Shown one piece after another: positions 12,531 to 26,118 of a stretch of DNA of 64,000 bases (position 1 is its first letter; every line of letters starts with the position of its first letter). The notes below the pieces were generated by a model. The model was not told the origin of the DNA. It saw only the letters and a list, made by a program, of their open reading frames with translations, and ran no database searches. A program made the position numbers and the translations under genes. This stretch comes from Vicugna vicugna (lineage: Eukaryota): assembly GCA_013265495.1 (NCBI GenBank), contig MU057984.1, positions 186,001 to 250,000 of the forward strand, given 5' to 3'.

Positions 12531-15500
12531 GCAGCTTGGCTCCCTTCCTCAGGTCCTACATCTAATTTTTTACAAATATAGATTTGTAAAGTGGTACCTT
12601 ACTCCCTCTCCCTATTGCTGCACTATGATATTTAATAATGATCATCCCTTAGCCCCTCCCTGTGTTTTTTTTTTTAACTATGACAGTCAGAGGACCCATG
12701 AAAATGTTGCAGCTAAGATTTTTTCTCAAGAGTTTAATCTTGATTTCGCTTCAGTGCCATTTGATTACTTCCTAGCAAAAGAGAAAAAGAACACTGCAAG
12801 TCTTATACAGGTAACAGCTTTGTAGAAGAATGTCTTCTGAGATCACAATTCACCTATACTCTTGTCTCATTCTTGCTTACTTGACCTAAGTAGATCTGTA
12901 GACAAGGATGAGCATTAAAGTGAAAACCTGGCAGGTTAAGATTCTTCACTAATAGGAAGACCCTTTTTTCCCTCCTGTCTAATTCTGGACAACAGTTTTA
13001 AGAGAAAGATGACAAAAAGAACAGTGAATCTACTAAAAACAAAATGAAGTATTTAGTTATCTATAGCCTAGTATGGAGCTCATTTTAAGGAAGAAAAATT
13101 CTAGGAAAAAAAAGGTTGCCTTAGAGGAATGAAATGGATGTGAATGTCTTTTTCCAATGTAAAAAGAGTGTCAATGGCTAGAGTTCTAGTCTTGGTCCAT
13201 ATCTAACTACCTATCTATCTATCTATCCATCCATCCATTCACTCACCCATCCAATTTTATTAAGGGATTTCATAAATGCAAGGGAATTTAAAATTTCAGA
13301 AAGTTAATATGAGGAATATTTATAGAAATTATTTTTACCCATGTCCTATCATATATAGATCAAAATGTTATAAAGTTAAGTTGAGACTGGGATGATGCAT
13401 AGACTAGCTTACCATGGACTGAAGCAGCAGCATTCACATTTGAGGAACATATACTAGTCTTACCAGCTGTCACGTGGTCTCCCTTTAATGCCTAGCACTT
13501 AACTGAATTGAACTGAATGCACTGTCACATTATATGGCAAATTGGAGGATACAAGTTTAGAATCTCTCTGCTGAATCAGTTCATCTGACAACATTTACAA
13601 AAGTATGTTTTTCAGCCAGATAAATGTTCAAAACACACAGCATTCCCTTTAAGTGGAAATACACAAACCATTTTAAAAAAAGAGAGAGAGAATCCTAGGA
13701 AACGCTGTTATAAGGAAATCTTTGTTTAAGCTGGTACTTCCCGAATTTGAGAATAGAACTTGTTTTTTCTTTTCTTTTTTTCCCACATCATAGTTATTTT
13801 CATGCCTTGAAATCTGTGTTCCACTCTACACAATCAGGTAAACAGTGATCAAGAATAAGAAAATATTTACAGTTTTCAAATATTCATCAAGGAAATGTTC
13901 CATGTAGATGTAGAAAGATTTAGTTTTAAGGATACAAATGCTTTACATGGTATACGAGATTATCCCTAGAGGCAATTTTTACAATATGGCCAACAAATCC
14001 CAAAGTTTAAAAATGCCAATAGTAATATAAGAAGCAGAGATCCTATTTCTGTTGTATCCTTAATGTTTATGTTCCCCAAATCATCAGGAACATCCTTAGC
14101 ATTAGTATTATACCATGTAAGAATACCAGACCAAATAAGAAGTTTATAGAAAATAAATAAACCCCTTTGGCGATCTTATTATATAGATCAGCAGGGAATA
14201 TATTTTGAACTATCAACCCACTGCACAGGCAGGGTATCCACTAATCGAAAAATTCAGCAGAAAACTGTATTAAATTTGAAAACCATCTAAAGACAGTAAG
14301 ACCAATATAAATTATAATTAAGAAAGTGCATTTATAATTTCTATTTTTCAAATTAGAAAATTTTAAATTGGAACACAAAATGTTGGTTTCTGTGTTGCAC
14401 AGAAATTACATTACATATAATTACCAACTGGGTTATTTAGTTTTTAATTTGAAAATAGCTTAAAAGTCACTTCCTGCAGAACAAAAGTCCAGCAATTTTA
14501 AAAAAATAAATAAAAACCAACCAAAGTCATTTCAGTATATAAGCAGTTCAAAATTAGTAAACAAAAATGAAAATTTTATAAACTAATGCAATAAGGCTGT
14601 TGACTTTGGTAAAATAAACAATAATTTCCATAATTCCCATCAACAATTCTATGTTTAAAGTAGATGATTTCCCACCATTTTATGTATGTATGTATCTTTT
14701 GATCACCATTACCCATTATTTGTATTACTTAAATCAGAGTACTGCCACAGGAAGCTTTATGTTGTTGTCATGCAAAAACGGACTTTATTATTATTGAGGA
14801 AATGAATGGTCCTGGGTAAGAAGACTAAATATTGTAAAGATGTAGGTCTCAAATTTGCCTATAGGTTTAAGGTAATTGCAATCAAATGTTACTTGGACTT
14901 TTTGGAACTTGTTAAAAGACTGTTCTAAATTTTTTCTAGAAGGATAAATAAATGATAAAAGGAAAGTAATGATTTAAATGACAATGAAAAAGGAAATAAA
15001 ATAAGAAAACATAAAACTGAAGGATTTAAACTGTATGGCACTGGAATGAGACCTGAAATACAGATCTATACGAGACAATACATATAATCTGAATATAGGA
15101 TATCACGCTGCAAAAATAAAACAACAGAATAATAATTACTATTCAATGAAAAGATGAAGATCTTGCTAGTTAAATAAGGGGGATCAAATTATATTGTGAT
15201 TACATAGCAAAAAGGCAAAATCTGAATGAATTAAAGGAGCAAATGAAAAAGACGCTTACCTACCTATAACTCTTTCCCCATTATAAACAAAGTAGAAGAA
15301 GAAAAAAAGAAAATATATGCAAATTTTCGTTGGATTTCATAATGCAGAAAGACTTTGAAAGTGTAGAATCAATGGAAGAAATTTTAAAAAAAGAAAATGT
15401 CACAAATATTTAATGGATAAGTAAAATTAAAATTTAAGCAGACATATAAATACTTACTACAAATATAACAAAGTTGTTATTTGGCATTAAGGTGGTTTCC

Positions 15501-15899
15501 AATTTTTTTGCTATTATAAACAATTTAATATCAAACATCTCTGTGGATAAATAACCCATCTTTTGATTATTCCTTGAAAAGGTCTCACCAGAATTGGAAT
15601 TACTGGGTCAAAAGGGTGATAATTTCTAAGTTGCTTTATGTACATTACAAAATACTTTTCAGACACTATGTAGTGATTTGTACTCCCCAAATCACTGTTT
15701 GTTCCAATTTCATTAGTTCCATTAAAATAGAAAAATAAAGAAAAAAGAAAAACTTAGTTGGCTATCATTTAAAGAAGTATCTATTTGAGTATTAGTGACG
15801 TGGAACAGATTTTCAGTTATTCTTTGGCCATTTGTACTTCCTCTTTTGTGAACTGTAGGTCATACTCTTTTTAATGCATTGCAAATAAATCGAAAACAA

Positions 15900-16080
15900 A
15901 GATGTTAAAACCAGACACACTGTGGTTGTGGTTCAGCTTTGCCAATAAGCAACTGCTCTGATTTTGTGTAAGCTAATTTTTCTGAACTGTAATCTCCTTG
16001 ATTCAATAAGAAGAATAATAACACCTACACCATGTAGGTGTTGTGAGAGTTAAATGAAATAAATTAATGAGATTTAGGAT
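15900..16080 (+). mobile_element. MIR SINE
   Basis: ataataacacctacaccatgtaggtgttgtgagagttaaatgaaataa core. Confidence 0.7.
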
Positions 16081-16790
16081 GCAGATATAAATGACTATAG
16101 CAAATATAAAAGAAAGTCATGAACCCACCTTACATTGGAATGTTATTAGTAGTTACTAATTTTAGTCATTATTTTTGTATTAATTATATTAAGATAATTT
16201 GTATTTTATATTTACCATAATTATTATGATAAGTTTTTTGTGACTAAAAATATTTTGAGCAAATTCATATTTTGTAAGCTTTAGATTTTTAAGCAACTTC
16301 ATTATTTCTTATGTCTTGTATTTTTTTTTCCTGTTCATAAGTATGCAGCTGGGGGTGATCAATATATATAATACAAACAGATATATACCCTCTAATAAAT
16401 TTTCAGAGAATCATCAGCTTTGTAAAGACACAATTATTTTTCATAAATGTGAGCAGCTTTATTTAGCACACTGGTATTTTCAATTTTCGTAAATCTTTGA
16501 CACACGCTTTTGTATTAAGTGGTATGACTGTCAACCACTCGAAAATCTCAGAGACAAAATATTTTACAAATTGTATTTATGCATTATGGAATGAAAAACT
16601 AAAGATGCAATGAATATACCTAGAGGTTATACTATCCATGCTTTTCTGTCAACTTAGTAAAATTTGTATCAAAAATTTTTATTGTATATTTAATTTTCAT
16701 GAAATATTTATTAACACAAGACATATAGTTCATCATTTCTGAAATATGACAGCATATAGAATGACAGAATATAAGGTAAAAATCCTGTAC

Positions 16791-16889
16791 CTTTTGTGTG
16801 ACTCAGACCATGAAACTTGAAGGCAGAAGTCTTTTCAAAGAAGCTGTCCCAGTACTGAGCCATGACAAGATTCTTGGGCCTTTCATGAG
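16791..16889 (-). CDS. CFAP47: CFAP47 internal coding exon (last in window), (A)HERPKNLVMAQYWDSFFEKTSAFKFHGLSHTK(G)
   Basis: Acceptor attgtcattag and donor gtacag; 99 nt, phase 1-1; PxNLV..xWDSF..xSAFxF motif follows the previous exon in recalled CFAP47. Confidence 0.9.
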
Positions 16890-17399
16890 CTAATGACAAT
16901 AATAAAGAGATATTACACTTCAATGTGACCTTTAAGAGGAAAAACATCAGTGGAGATTGAAATAGAATCCAAACCTCCTTCTAACAGGAAATCTTTCAGA
17001 TGATCATTTTTCAGAGTATATTTTAAAATAAGATTTAAATGCCATTTTGAAGAATATATTCAACATTATTAATAGTTTTCTCTATAATATTAAAAAATAA
17101 TATAAAATTAACTCATAAATTCTTGGAATTTTACTATAAACTATTCAAATAACAGGTATTAGTGTGAGCTTGTTTGAGCCCACTGTCTAAAAATTGATTG
17201 TAGTAGTTAATATTTACATATGCAAAAATATACATTTTACAACATTAATAAGAATTTAAAGTAATAAATATAAAAATCAATCAATTATACAAAACATACC
17301 TACAGGCTACATACCAAGTACTTGCTTTTAGTCCTAATACGTATAAAAGATAAAAAGCTCTGTAATGATAGACATTGATAATTTTAAGTATACTGAACC

Positions 17400-19730
17400 A
17401 GATTATCAGCTGATGCCTTGGAAAAGAATGGGAGTGTTGCAACACTTATGAAGGGGATTTTTATAACATATAGGAAAATTGTATATTTATTTATCATTTT
17501 GCCCATGAATACCACTTGTAGAAATATACCTTAAATATATACTTAAAATATGAAACAATATGTATATAAAGGCATTATTTGTACAGGAATATGCTTTGCG
17601 GTATTATTTGTATAGCAAATTATTGGAAATGATGAAAAGATCTACGTAGTGGAGACTATTTTATATATAAATAACAGTGCAGCAAAAAACTGAGGTACTA
17701 AAAACTCACAAAAACCAATGAGAAAAATGTCCATTAAGTATTTTACTATGATTCCAGACACATTATTAGGTGAAATTAGCAAGGGGCAAAAGAAATTATA
17801 TAGTAGTCTACCTTTGTGTGAGATAGAGGGAGAACTAGAACTATGTGTGTATATATGCATTTATTCATATACACTCATTTTTGCAAAGACACACACAGTA
17901 TGGATAAATCAGAATCAAATGAAGATGGTCAAGATGGTCATCTATCCAGCTGCTTAAGAATGTAGTGGATGGTAAAGACATGAGAATGAGATTTCTTTAA
18001 CTAGGACTTCTGATACACTTTTGAGCTTTGAACAATACATGTTTCACAAATTCAGAAACAAAATAAAATTTCAAGAGTTTGAAAAAGCGAATGTTAAAAC
18101 TGAATTTAAATTAAAAAATAAGGAATCCATCCCTGTATAAACTGTTAACAAAACTACATAGAATAAAGAATTAATTAAAGAATATTTGGGCCACAGTTCT
18201 CTGACTGTTCTATTGTCATGCAATATATGCTAGGAGGAAAAAGTAACTGCTGAGATAGCTTTAACTTTGGTAATTTTTGGTTCCTTTTTCTTTTCTTCTC
18301 TCTCTTTTTCGTAGTTGTAAGAATATAGTAATTTTGATAAACAAGTTCATACTGTATAGCACAGGGAACTGTATTCAATATCTTGTAGTAACTTATGGTG
18401 AAAAAGAATATGAAAATGAATTTATGTATGTTCATACATAACTGAAGCATTATGTTGTACACCAGAAATGGACACAACATTGTAAACTGACTATACTTCA
18501 ATAAAAATATATAATAAAAAAAGAATATAGTAATTTTGAAAAAATAAGGGGTATATGGCTATGACACAGCAAATGAGTATTGAACTGATGTGTTGGGAAC
18601 CAGGTTTTTCATATGGGAGAAGTGAGAGTGAGGTGAATAAAGAACCCTATGGTGTAGGACTGGAAGAGGAGGTATCAGTATGAAATAATGATTTTTAATA
18701 ATTACATTTCTTTGCTCTGTCCACTGAAAGGGACATCCCAGCAACAATGAGCACATCTAGCAATAAGCACATCTCAGATACTAAATACCTCATTTCTGTC
18801 AAGCAAATCTTGGAAATATGCCTAATTCTAGCTTTACAGCAAGTTAAATACAAGGTGCAAGTGGAACATTTTATAGTGCCAGAAAGTAACAAAATGTTCA
18901 AAAACTAATGGAGACAATAAAAAAGACAAGGCACTACAGAAGCTTCCAGTGCAGATCAGCTAAGAGAGGCAGACAAAAAAAAGGGGGGAGGGGAGCTGAT
19001 TTTCTATCTCTTGCTTGGTAGAAACAGGTGGCACTCAAATTCTCTTGTTGGGGTAGCAGGCTGAGGGAAAGGGTAGCCAGGGTAGAGTTGATTATAAATA
19101 TATATAAAAACATGTTTTAACAACATTCTGTAAGAAACTTCTTCAAATTTAATTATGTAGGTAATCTGAAAGACAAAGAATAGAAAAAGATGTACCATGT
19201 AAATAAATGTTAATTTTAAAAAATAGGAATGCTTACATTAATATCACATAAGGCAAACTTTAGAGAAAATAAAATTCCTTGAGACAAAGAGGGACAATAG
19301 ATAATTAGAAAATACCAATACACCAGAAAGACATACAATCCTTATGTGTCTATAACAGAGCCTCAACTTATATGAAGCAAAAATCAATGGAGCTAAAAGA
19401 AGAAATAAACAAATACACCATTTTAGTTATACATTTTAATAGCCCTCTCTCAGCAACTGGTAGAGAAATCTAATAGTCAGAAAATCAGCAAGGACACAGA
19501 AGATCCAAACAACAAAATTAACTGACAGAATTTAAATGATATAAGTAGAACACTTCACAAAACAACAGCAGAATCCATATTTTTTTCAAGCTTCTATGGG
19601 ACATTCACCAAGATAGACCACATCCTGGGTCATAAAACAAACCTCAATAAATTTAAAATACTCTAAATGATGATGAATGATATAGATTGTGCTCTTCTGA
19701 CTATAATGGAATAAATAACAGAAAGAAAAA
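17400..19730 (+). mobile_element. Old L1 fragments (3'UTR 17400-18950; ORF2 endonuclease region 19100-19730)
   Basis: Endonuclease-region phrases gaaaatcagcaaggacacagaag and ggacattcaccaagatagaccacatcctgggtcataaaacaaacctcaataaattt; L1MC/ME-like 3'UTR upstream. Confidence 0.7.
18338..18520 (+). mobile_element. Very short young L1 3' end with a perfect 19-bp TSD
   Basis: Near-identical to 5300-5470; flanked by aagaatatagtaattttga at 18319-18337 and 18521-18539. Confidence 0.92.
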
Positions 19731-20907
19731 AAGAAAAAAAGGGGGTCTGGAGGTGTTGTTTTCCAGTCTGCTCTGGTACTATTCTTTCAATGAATGTCTT
19801 CTCAAAACCAATAAAGATTTGCTATAATTCAAAAACTCAGCAAACAAGTTCAGTAGTCCTCAATGCAAAAGAGAAATGGAAAAAGAGAGATTATTCTTTT
19901 CTGTTGATATAAGAGCTATGAATTTATACAGACACTAGCTGTAGTATTTTTAAATTGCTTGTAAAAGCAATTAAATTCCTACTAGAGATCTGGATACAGA
20001 GAAATTCAGAGAAGGAAGACAGAGTCATTTCTGTTAACATTTTTGGGTTTTTTGGTTATTTTCCCAGCCTCAGGGACATTACTCGGAAATATGACAATGA
20101 CATTGTTTTAAACAGAGAGATCACGTAGCCTCCCTGAATAAAGAGTGGGCCATCAGATAACACAGTGGGTGATCAAAGAATCATAGAATCACTAGCTAGA
20201 AGCAAACTTAGAGATTATCTGGTACATCCTTCAGTGTGTTAGGAGATAGAGAAGACAAAAAATATACAGAGAGATGTTTCTTGCCCAAGTTCACACTTGT
20301 GTCTTCCAATTTTAAATCTCTACACATTTTTATACATTGAATGTTTTGTGATTAAATGCAACAGTGTGATGGGGATTTGATAGTATTGCAATTATGTTGG
20401 AGAAAGTTCTTTTTCTAAGGCCATACATGCTTTAGAGATGAAATTATATGTCTAGAGATAGAGAAAGGATATAAAGCAAGTTCCCCAAAAGTTAACAGTT
20501 GATGAAAGAGATGAATCTGTATGAAAAGTACAGGGCTATTCATTGTACTGTGCTCATCTGTAGCTGTGACATTTTTCAAAACAAAAAGTTGTGTCCTATG
20601 GAAAGGGGATTAAAGACTAAATAAAAAAAAACAAACAAGAAAAAAGCCACCTACAGCTTTATTAAATGGAAGCACATTTTATTATTTGTAAAATGGGATT
20701 TGTATATGATGAACTATTGGATCATGAAAAAAATTATAAATTACATGTATTTAATTCTCTATGAAAAGGAGATCAGTTTATTGACATTAAATATATGAGT
20801 TGATGACACTACGTGGAAATATTTTACAAGTAAATACACATACATTGAAATGAAGGCTGAAAAACATTTACTAAATGAGGTATATTTTGAGACCACTATG
20901 TAAAGAT

Positions 20908-21065
20908 CAACATTTCTGAAAGTGTAGTCTTCTGACAGCCTGCATTGGAATAACTTGTGATGGTCTTACCCCAAACATAATGAATTAGAATAACTGAGTG
21001 CGGACCTGGAAATTTAAATTTTGATAAGTTTCCAATTACTGCTTACTGAATTTTAAGAGCTACTA
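20908..21065. mobile_element. MER5-type hAT-Charlie DNA transposon remnant
   Basis: ttctgaaagtgtagtc...cctgcattggaataacttg...gaattagaataactgagtgcggacctggaaatttaaattttgataag. Confidence 0.6.
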
Positions 21066-24000
21066 AAGGAGAAAAAAGGAATTCCAAAGATTAAAGCTCC
21101 CAAACAGTACCTAAAAATCATTAAATTATAAGCAAGTTGAGTCTCAGATTACTTGCCTGAAAAGTGGCTGTAACAATCATTTTACATCTACTTTTCCATA
21201 GAACAAGAGTGTTACCTATTTGTTATGAGCAAAGCAAACTACGACAAATAACCCGATTAAACTAAAACATAAAGTGACTGTTACATATTTCCCTGCCCAT
21301 CAATCTCAAATCACCCAGTACTGCTTATTTGTTAAATCAAATATTTAAATAGTTGACCGTCTGAATTTGGGAGATTTTTTGAGAGTGTGGGACTCCTTCT
21401 TACACCTATTTATCTCTCTTCTGTATAAAGCTATGCACACCCTGACTGGCAATGATCACTACACATTTAACATAAATACGTATTCAACTCTGGAGGTACT
21501 TTAGATAAGATTCAGAGGGCCTCCAGGGCCAAAATTTTCATAAACTAATTTTAATGTGTGAAATCAAATGCACTGGGTATTGCCCCTCCACATCCCATAA
21601 GTGTGATTAACTTATCATAACTGTGCTATATTAGTACTTTGTTTACATTTTATCAACTCCCAAAGTGGAAGTTGATATTTGATAATTATATCAATTGGCA
21701 CGCACACCTTTATCCCTACTGTTATTTTGTTCTGCTCTTCAATAAAACTACTGACATCTGGAAAAGAGTCCACTTATACTGAAACATTAGAATCAAACCA
21801 TTAACATTGCATTTAAATTTGGATTAAGTAAAAGATTCACTAATCTCAAGACTATTGCTACTTTAATAGAAGTAATCAAAGCAACTACTTGCATGCATCA
21901 ATTACTGCTTCATGCATTCATGTAACTTTTGGGTATATAATCCATAGTGATATTTCACAAGGAGAATACCACACAAAGTCAAAATACAAAGTGTATATAT
22001 GTTTGTGTATATGTATATTCCAAACATGAGGTAGTTGTGAAATGTGCATATGACAGTTTTCAGCACAAAACAGATGTTTGATAAATAGCCAGTGATGGAA
22101 TATTCAATTCCTGCTTTATCAACATACATGCCAAGACTGAAATACTCATTTAGGTGGGAAGAAATCTATGAATTAACATAACCCCTGCCATTAGCAAGCA
22201 CATAAATTAGCAGGTTTGTAATATGGTTATATGAGCAAGGGCACAGACATACATATAATGGAGATGTGTCCTCAAATTCTTAACGTGTACATTGGGCCCT
22301 AATTTGTAATGTTTTTAACTCAGATCCCTGTTTTCCATTCACTGTTACCTTCCCTCTTTCCATCCTTATTTCCAGCTAAGTAGGAGGTAAATTTACAAGT
22401 AGGGGGCTAGGATGGAGGACATAATTATTGACGAGAGAGAACTGTGGGAACTGAGCCCATAGATGCCAGTCACTGAGCAAGGGAACATGTCCTGGCTGAA
22501 CCCAGAGGCCAATACAGGAAATCCAAGCATGTGTGGATCAGACAGAGCTACTGTATAATGGCAATGTTAAAAAGGGAATGGAGAGCCCCAAAGAGCTGAA
22601 AAAGTGTGTCAGGAGGGACATTCAGGGGCATTTCTTGAGGTCCTTTGATAGGACAGAGGGAGGCCCCTTTCACTGAGATCTAGGGGGAGGAAGCTAAAAG
22701 AAAGGCAAGTGACATTCTTTAGAGCCTTATCAGTACGGGGCTTTTAAAGTACCACTTATAATCAGTCAACTTAGAATGACAGGTGGTCCTGGAGAAGATA
22801 GCTAGACATGATGTGTTCAAGACCCTGTTTTATCACTTACTCATTGTATGGCTTCAGGAAATTTCTAAGCCTCAGGTTCCACGTTGAAAAAAACTCCAGA
22901 GTCTTTTGTTAAAGATTGGGCATAGCCACAGTGATGCAGAACAAATCCTAGTTTCCTAGGCTACTTGAAAGCTTTTCTGTAGCATTCTGGTCCTCATGGG
23001 ACTCTTTACTGGCCTGCTTTGCATACATCTCTACTATTCTCCAGGTATTTAGGACATCTCCTCTCTAGCCACCCTATCTCATTCACTTTTTTAAGTTGGC
23101 ATAGATTAAAATATGAATGGACCCCTGAAATACAATCTTTTTTTATACCCTGCCTTGCATAATGGTCAACTGAAAGAACATACAGAGACAACACACAGGA
23201 GAATTAAAGAACTAAACAGAATTTAATTAAACAGAATTAAAAGAGTTTTTTGAATAGCCAAGGGCAGTATTTCTGAGAGAAGGGATCAAAATGAAAAGAG
23301 CCAAGATAGCAGCAGCAGAAAAGACATCAGAGAAGTGGGGCAATATAAAAGTGTGATAATGAGTTTACAGTTTTAAAAATATTGCCTTCTTGGAAAAATA
23401 GTGAATTTTGAAAGATATGTTTATCTACATATCTTATACATCTATAACTCTATATCTATATGTCTATCTGTCTGTCTGTCTATCTATAAAAGAGATGAGG
23501 AAGGCAGGATCTGAAATACTGTGAGATTTCTCACATGCATCAACCCCTCTCTTGGTGCTATATTATGAGTCTTGCTATCAACTTTCCTAAGGGGGTTCTG
23601 TGAATTCTGTAGCATCAGCAGGAACATTTACATCTTCTTTTGAAAGACAGCAAGGGGTTGCATGGTCCTACCATGAAATAATTTTAATACATTTATAAAT
23701 ATTTAAATGAGTAGGCATTAATGTAGTACTTTTTCTAATAAGAATATTTGGCATATCTGTTAAATATTTTTATTCTTCTTGTCAGTCATATTTCCTTGTG
23801 GCCCTTCAACAATTCAATTCAGGTAAAATTATGAGGCCAGATTGCCAAGGAATATGAGTACAAGAAGACATGTACATGGTGGCTAGAAAAAAAAAGACTC
23901 CACAAAAGGAAGAAGGAGGAGGTTATAACAGAGAGAGAGACTTCATCATCAAGAAAAGGAAAGGAGGATTCTTTTCATCAAGTAATAGAGAAAGTGTAAG

Positions 24001-25729
24001 AGAGGAAGATACCAGAGGTCAGTGTCTTTCTTGGTCTCTAACATCCTCAGGTTGAGGGAAAAAGGGGGGAACCTGAGAGTTTAAACATTCACCCAAGAGA
24101 GAGTGAGTTTACTTAAAAGAGTCTGTTTTAAACTACAAAAGACTAATACATTTTCGATGATCAAGCTTACTGCTTTTTCCTGTTATACAGCAGAAAACAT
24201 TTTAGATCAATTAAAGAAAATTGAGAAGCCACAAATTATTCCACTTTTTAATATGAAAATCTTGATCCAATCTGTTTTTATAACACTCTTACAGTTATGA
24301 AGTGATTTGGCTGCAATTACCCTGAAAATTCTATTCCCTGGAAAGTTCCATATCAGCCTTGAGTGCCTCCACACCAGGGAATTCTGAGCCCTACAAGTGG
24401 TATAAACTTCACAAACACAAATTTTCTTGGTACCTACCTAAATTTGTGGTTTGCAACCCCAGCCAGTTACATTTTTGTGTTTGAATTTTGTCAGCTCCAT
24501 CTTCCTTTCCCTCCAGAAATTATTTCAAACCACTGTGCCACTCTTCAGATCTCTTAATATATCTGCTTTTCACAGCAGATGAAAAATGTAAACCTGAATG
24601 CTCTTAATACGAAAGCCCCTCTACTATCTACACTTGATCTACATTCACATTTGTTTTACCTTATCTCCACTTGTCCAAAGGTACAAATGCCCCTCCTATT
24701 CACGGCTCTTCCTTCTCCCTCAACTCTGATTCGAGTCCTCCCAGAGCTTTGGCCCATCAGTTAAATCCTACCTCCTTTATAGCTTTAACTTTTGCTCAAC
24801 TGTGGCTTATTCTTTCTGTTTATATCTATGCTCAAGTCTCTTTCATATTAAAATGCTGGCTTCCTTGAGCCTGCAATCAGTATTTACTAAACTGTATGTC
24901 TCTTCTCATCACATAGTATTCATTAGGGAATTTTATGTGAGATGACAACTATGTTCTTCATGTTTCTTAACTATTTCATACCAAGAGCATGAGGAGATGA
25001 TCAGGAAAGATGAGAACTCCAATAGGTCAATGATAGTGTTCAGCTTCAGCATTAACAAAAAAAGATTGTAAATTTGCAATGATGATGAGATACAATTTTC
25101 CCACAATCAGATTGACAGGGATTAAGGAAAATGCTTATACTCAGGGCTTACAAGGTTCAAGAAAATGGGTAGTAATGTCTGTAATAGACTCCTGATGGCA
25201 GCATGAATTACAACAGTATAACCATTCTGGAGAGTAAATTGGTTATTTACATTAAAAAACCTTAACATATGTGTTCCTTGTAGCCCTGAAACTGAACTTT
25301 ATAAAATAGATCATAGTAGTAGGAATAGTTTTAGAAGCAGTAATTACAGTTGAAAAGTTAAAATTATTAATGTCCAATTTTAGATTTAAAATGTGTTTAA
25401 GAAAACTTATAAAGAGTTGATTTTTATTTCAGACTCACATTATTAGGTCATTTAATCCAAAGTGACCAAACACTTAACACAATCAAATTTAAAAACATAC
25501 ATCTTCAATATGACATGAAAAAAGGAACACTCTTGGTTGGAGCCAAAATTTAATCCAAATACACTATCTACTTATAAAGAAAAGGGGGAAAGGAAACAAA
25601 ATCAGAACACTGGAATTTCTGTAAACTTCTGAGCAATAAGCATTGGCATATTTGAGTAACACCATAGGAACTGTACAAATTTACTTATTCATGTATTTGG
25701 ATTTGTAGATAAAATTAGAAGAACTTGAT

Positions 25730-25900
25730 TTGGTACACAGATTCCTAATTTCCAATTCTGGCTCCATCATTTAAGAGCTGTGATTCTGGTCACAAAACTT
25801 CATCTCTTACCCATTAAGTTTTCTCTTTAATAAAATAATGTTGTAGAGATAACGGATCTCCAAAGTGTTCACTACCTCTAAAATCCTTGGACTCTAGGAT
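25730..25900 (+). mobile_element. MIR SINE remnant
   Basis: aattctggctccatcatttaagagctgtgattctggtcac...ttctctttaataaaataatg. Confidence 0.6.
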
Positions 25901-25961
25901 AGAATAAGGTTGATTAATACTTACAAAATAACATACGTAAAGTATAAGAAAAACAACTCAC

Positions 25962-26118
25962 CTGTTAGCATGATATCAATTAAAACATCGTCCTTGGTGG
26001 GATTTTGAAAAGGTATAAGAATAGATGATTGAAAATGAAGGCATGTGGTTATTGTTTCTATTTCTTGAGGCTGGGGAAATAGTCCTACTCCAGAGAGGTA
26101 GAATATCCAGTCTTTAAA
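25962..26118 (-). CDS. CFAP47: CFAP47 internal coding exon, FKDWIFYLSGVGLFPQPQEIETITTCLHFQSSILIPFQNPTKDDVLIDIMLT
   Basis: Acceptor tttaaacag and donor gtgagt; 157 nt, phase 0-1; FYLSGVGLFPQP, IPFxNPT and DVLIDI are strongly recognisable CFAP47 sequence. Confidence 0.95.

Noticed and set aside
1..16790. Next downstream CFAP47 exon (expected GIxLPPKGNIDI-like)
   Set aside because: Searched by eye and not found; a GNINI match near 14070 does not extend. Probably outside the window, though I could have missed it.
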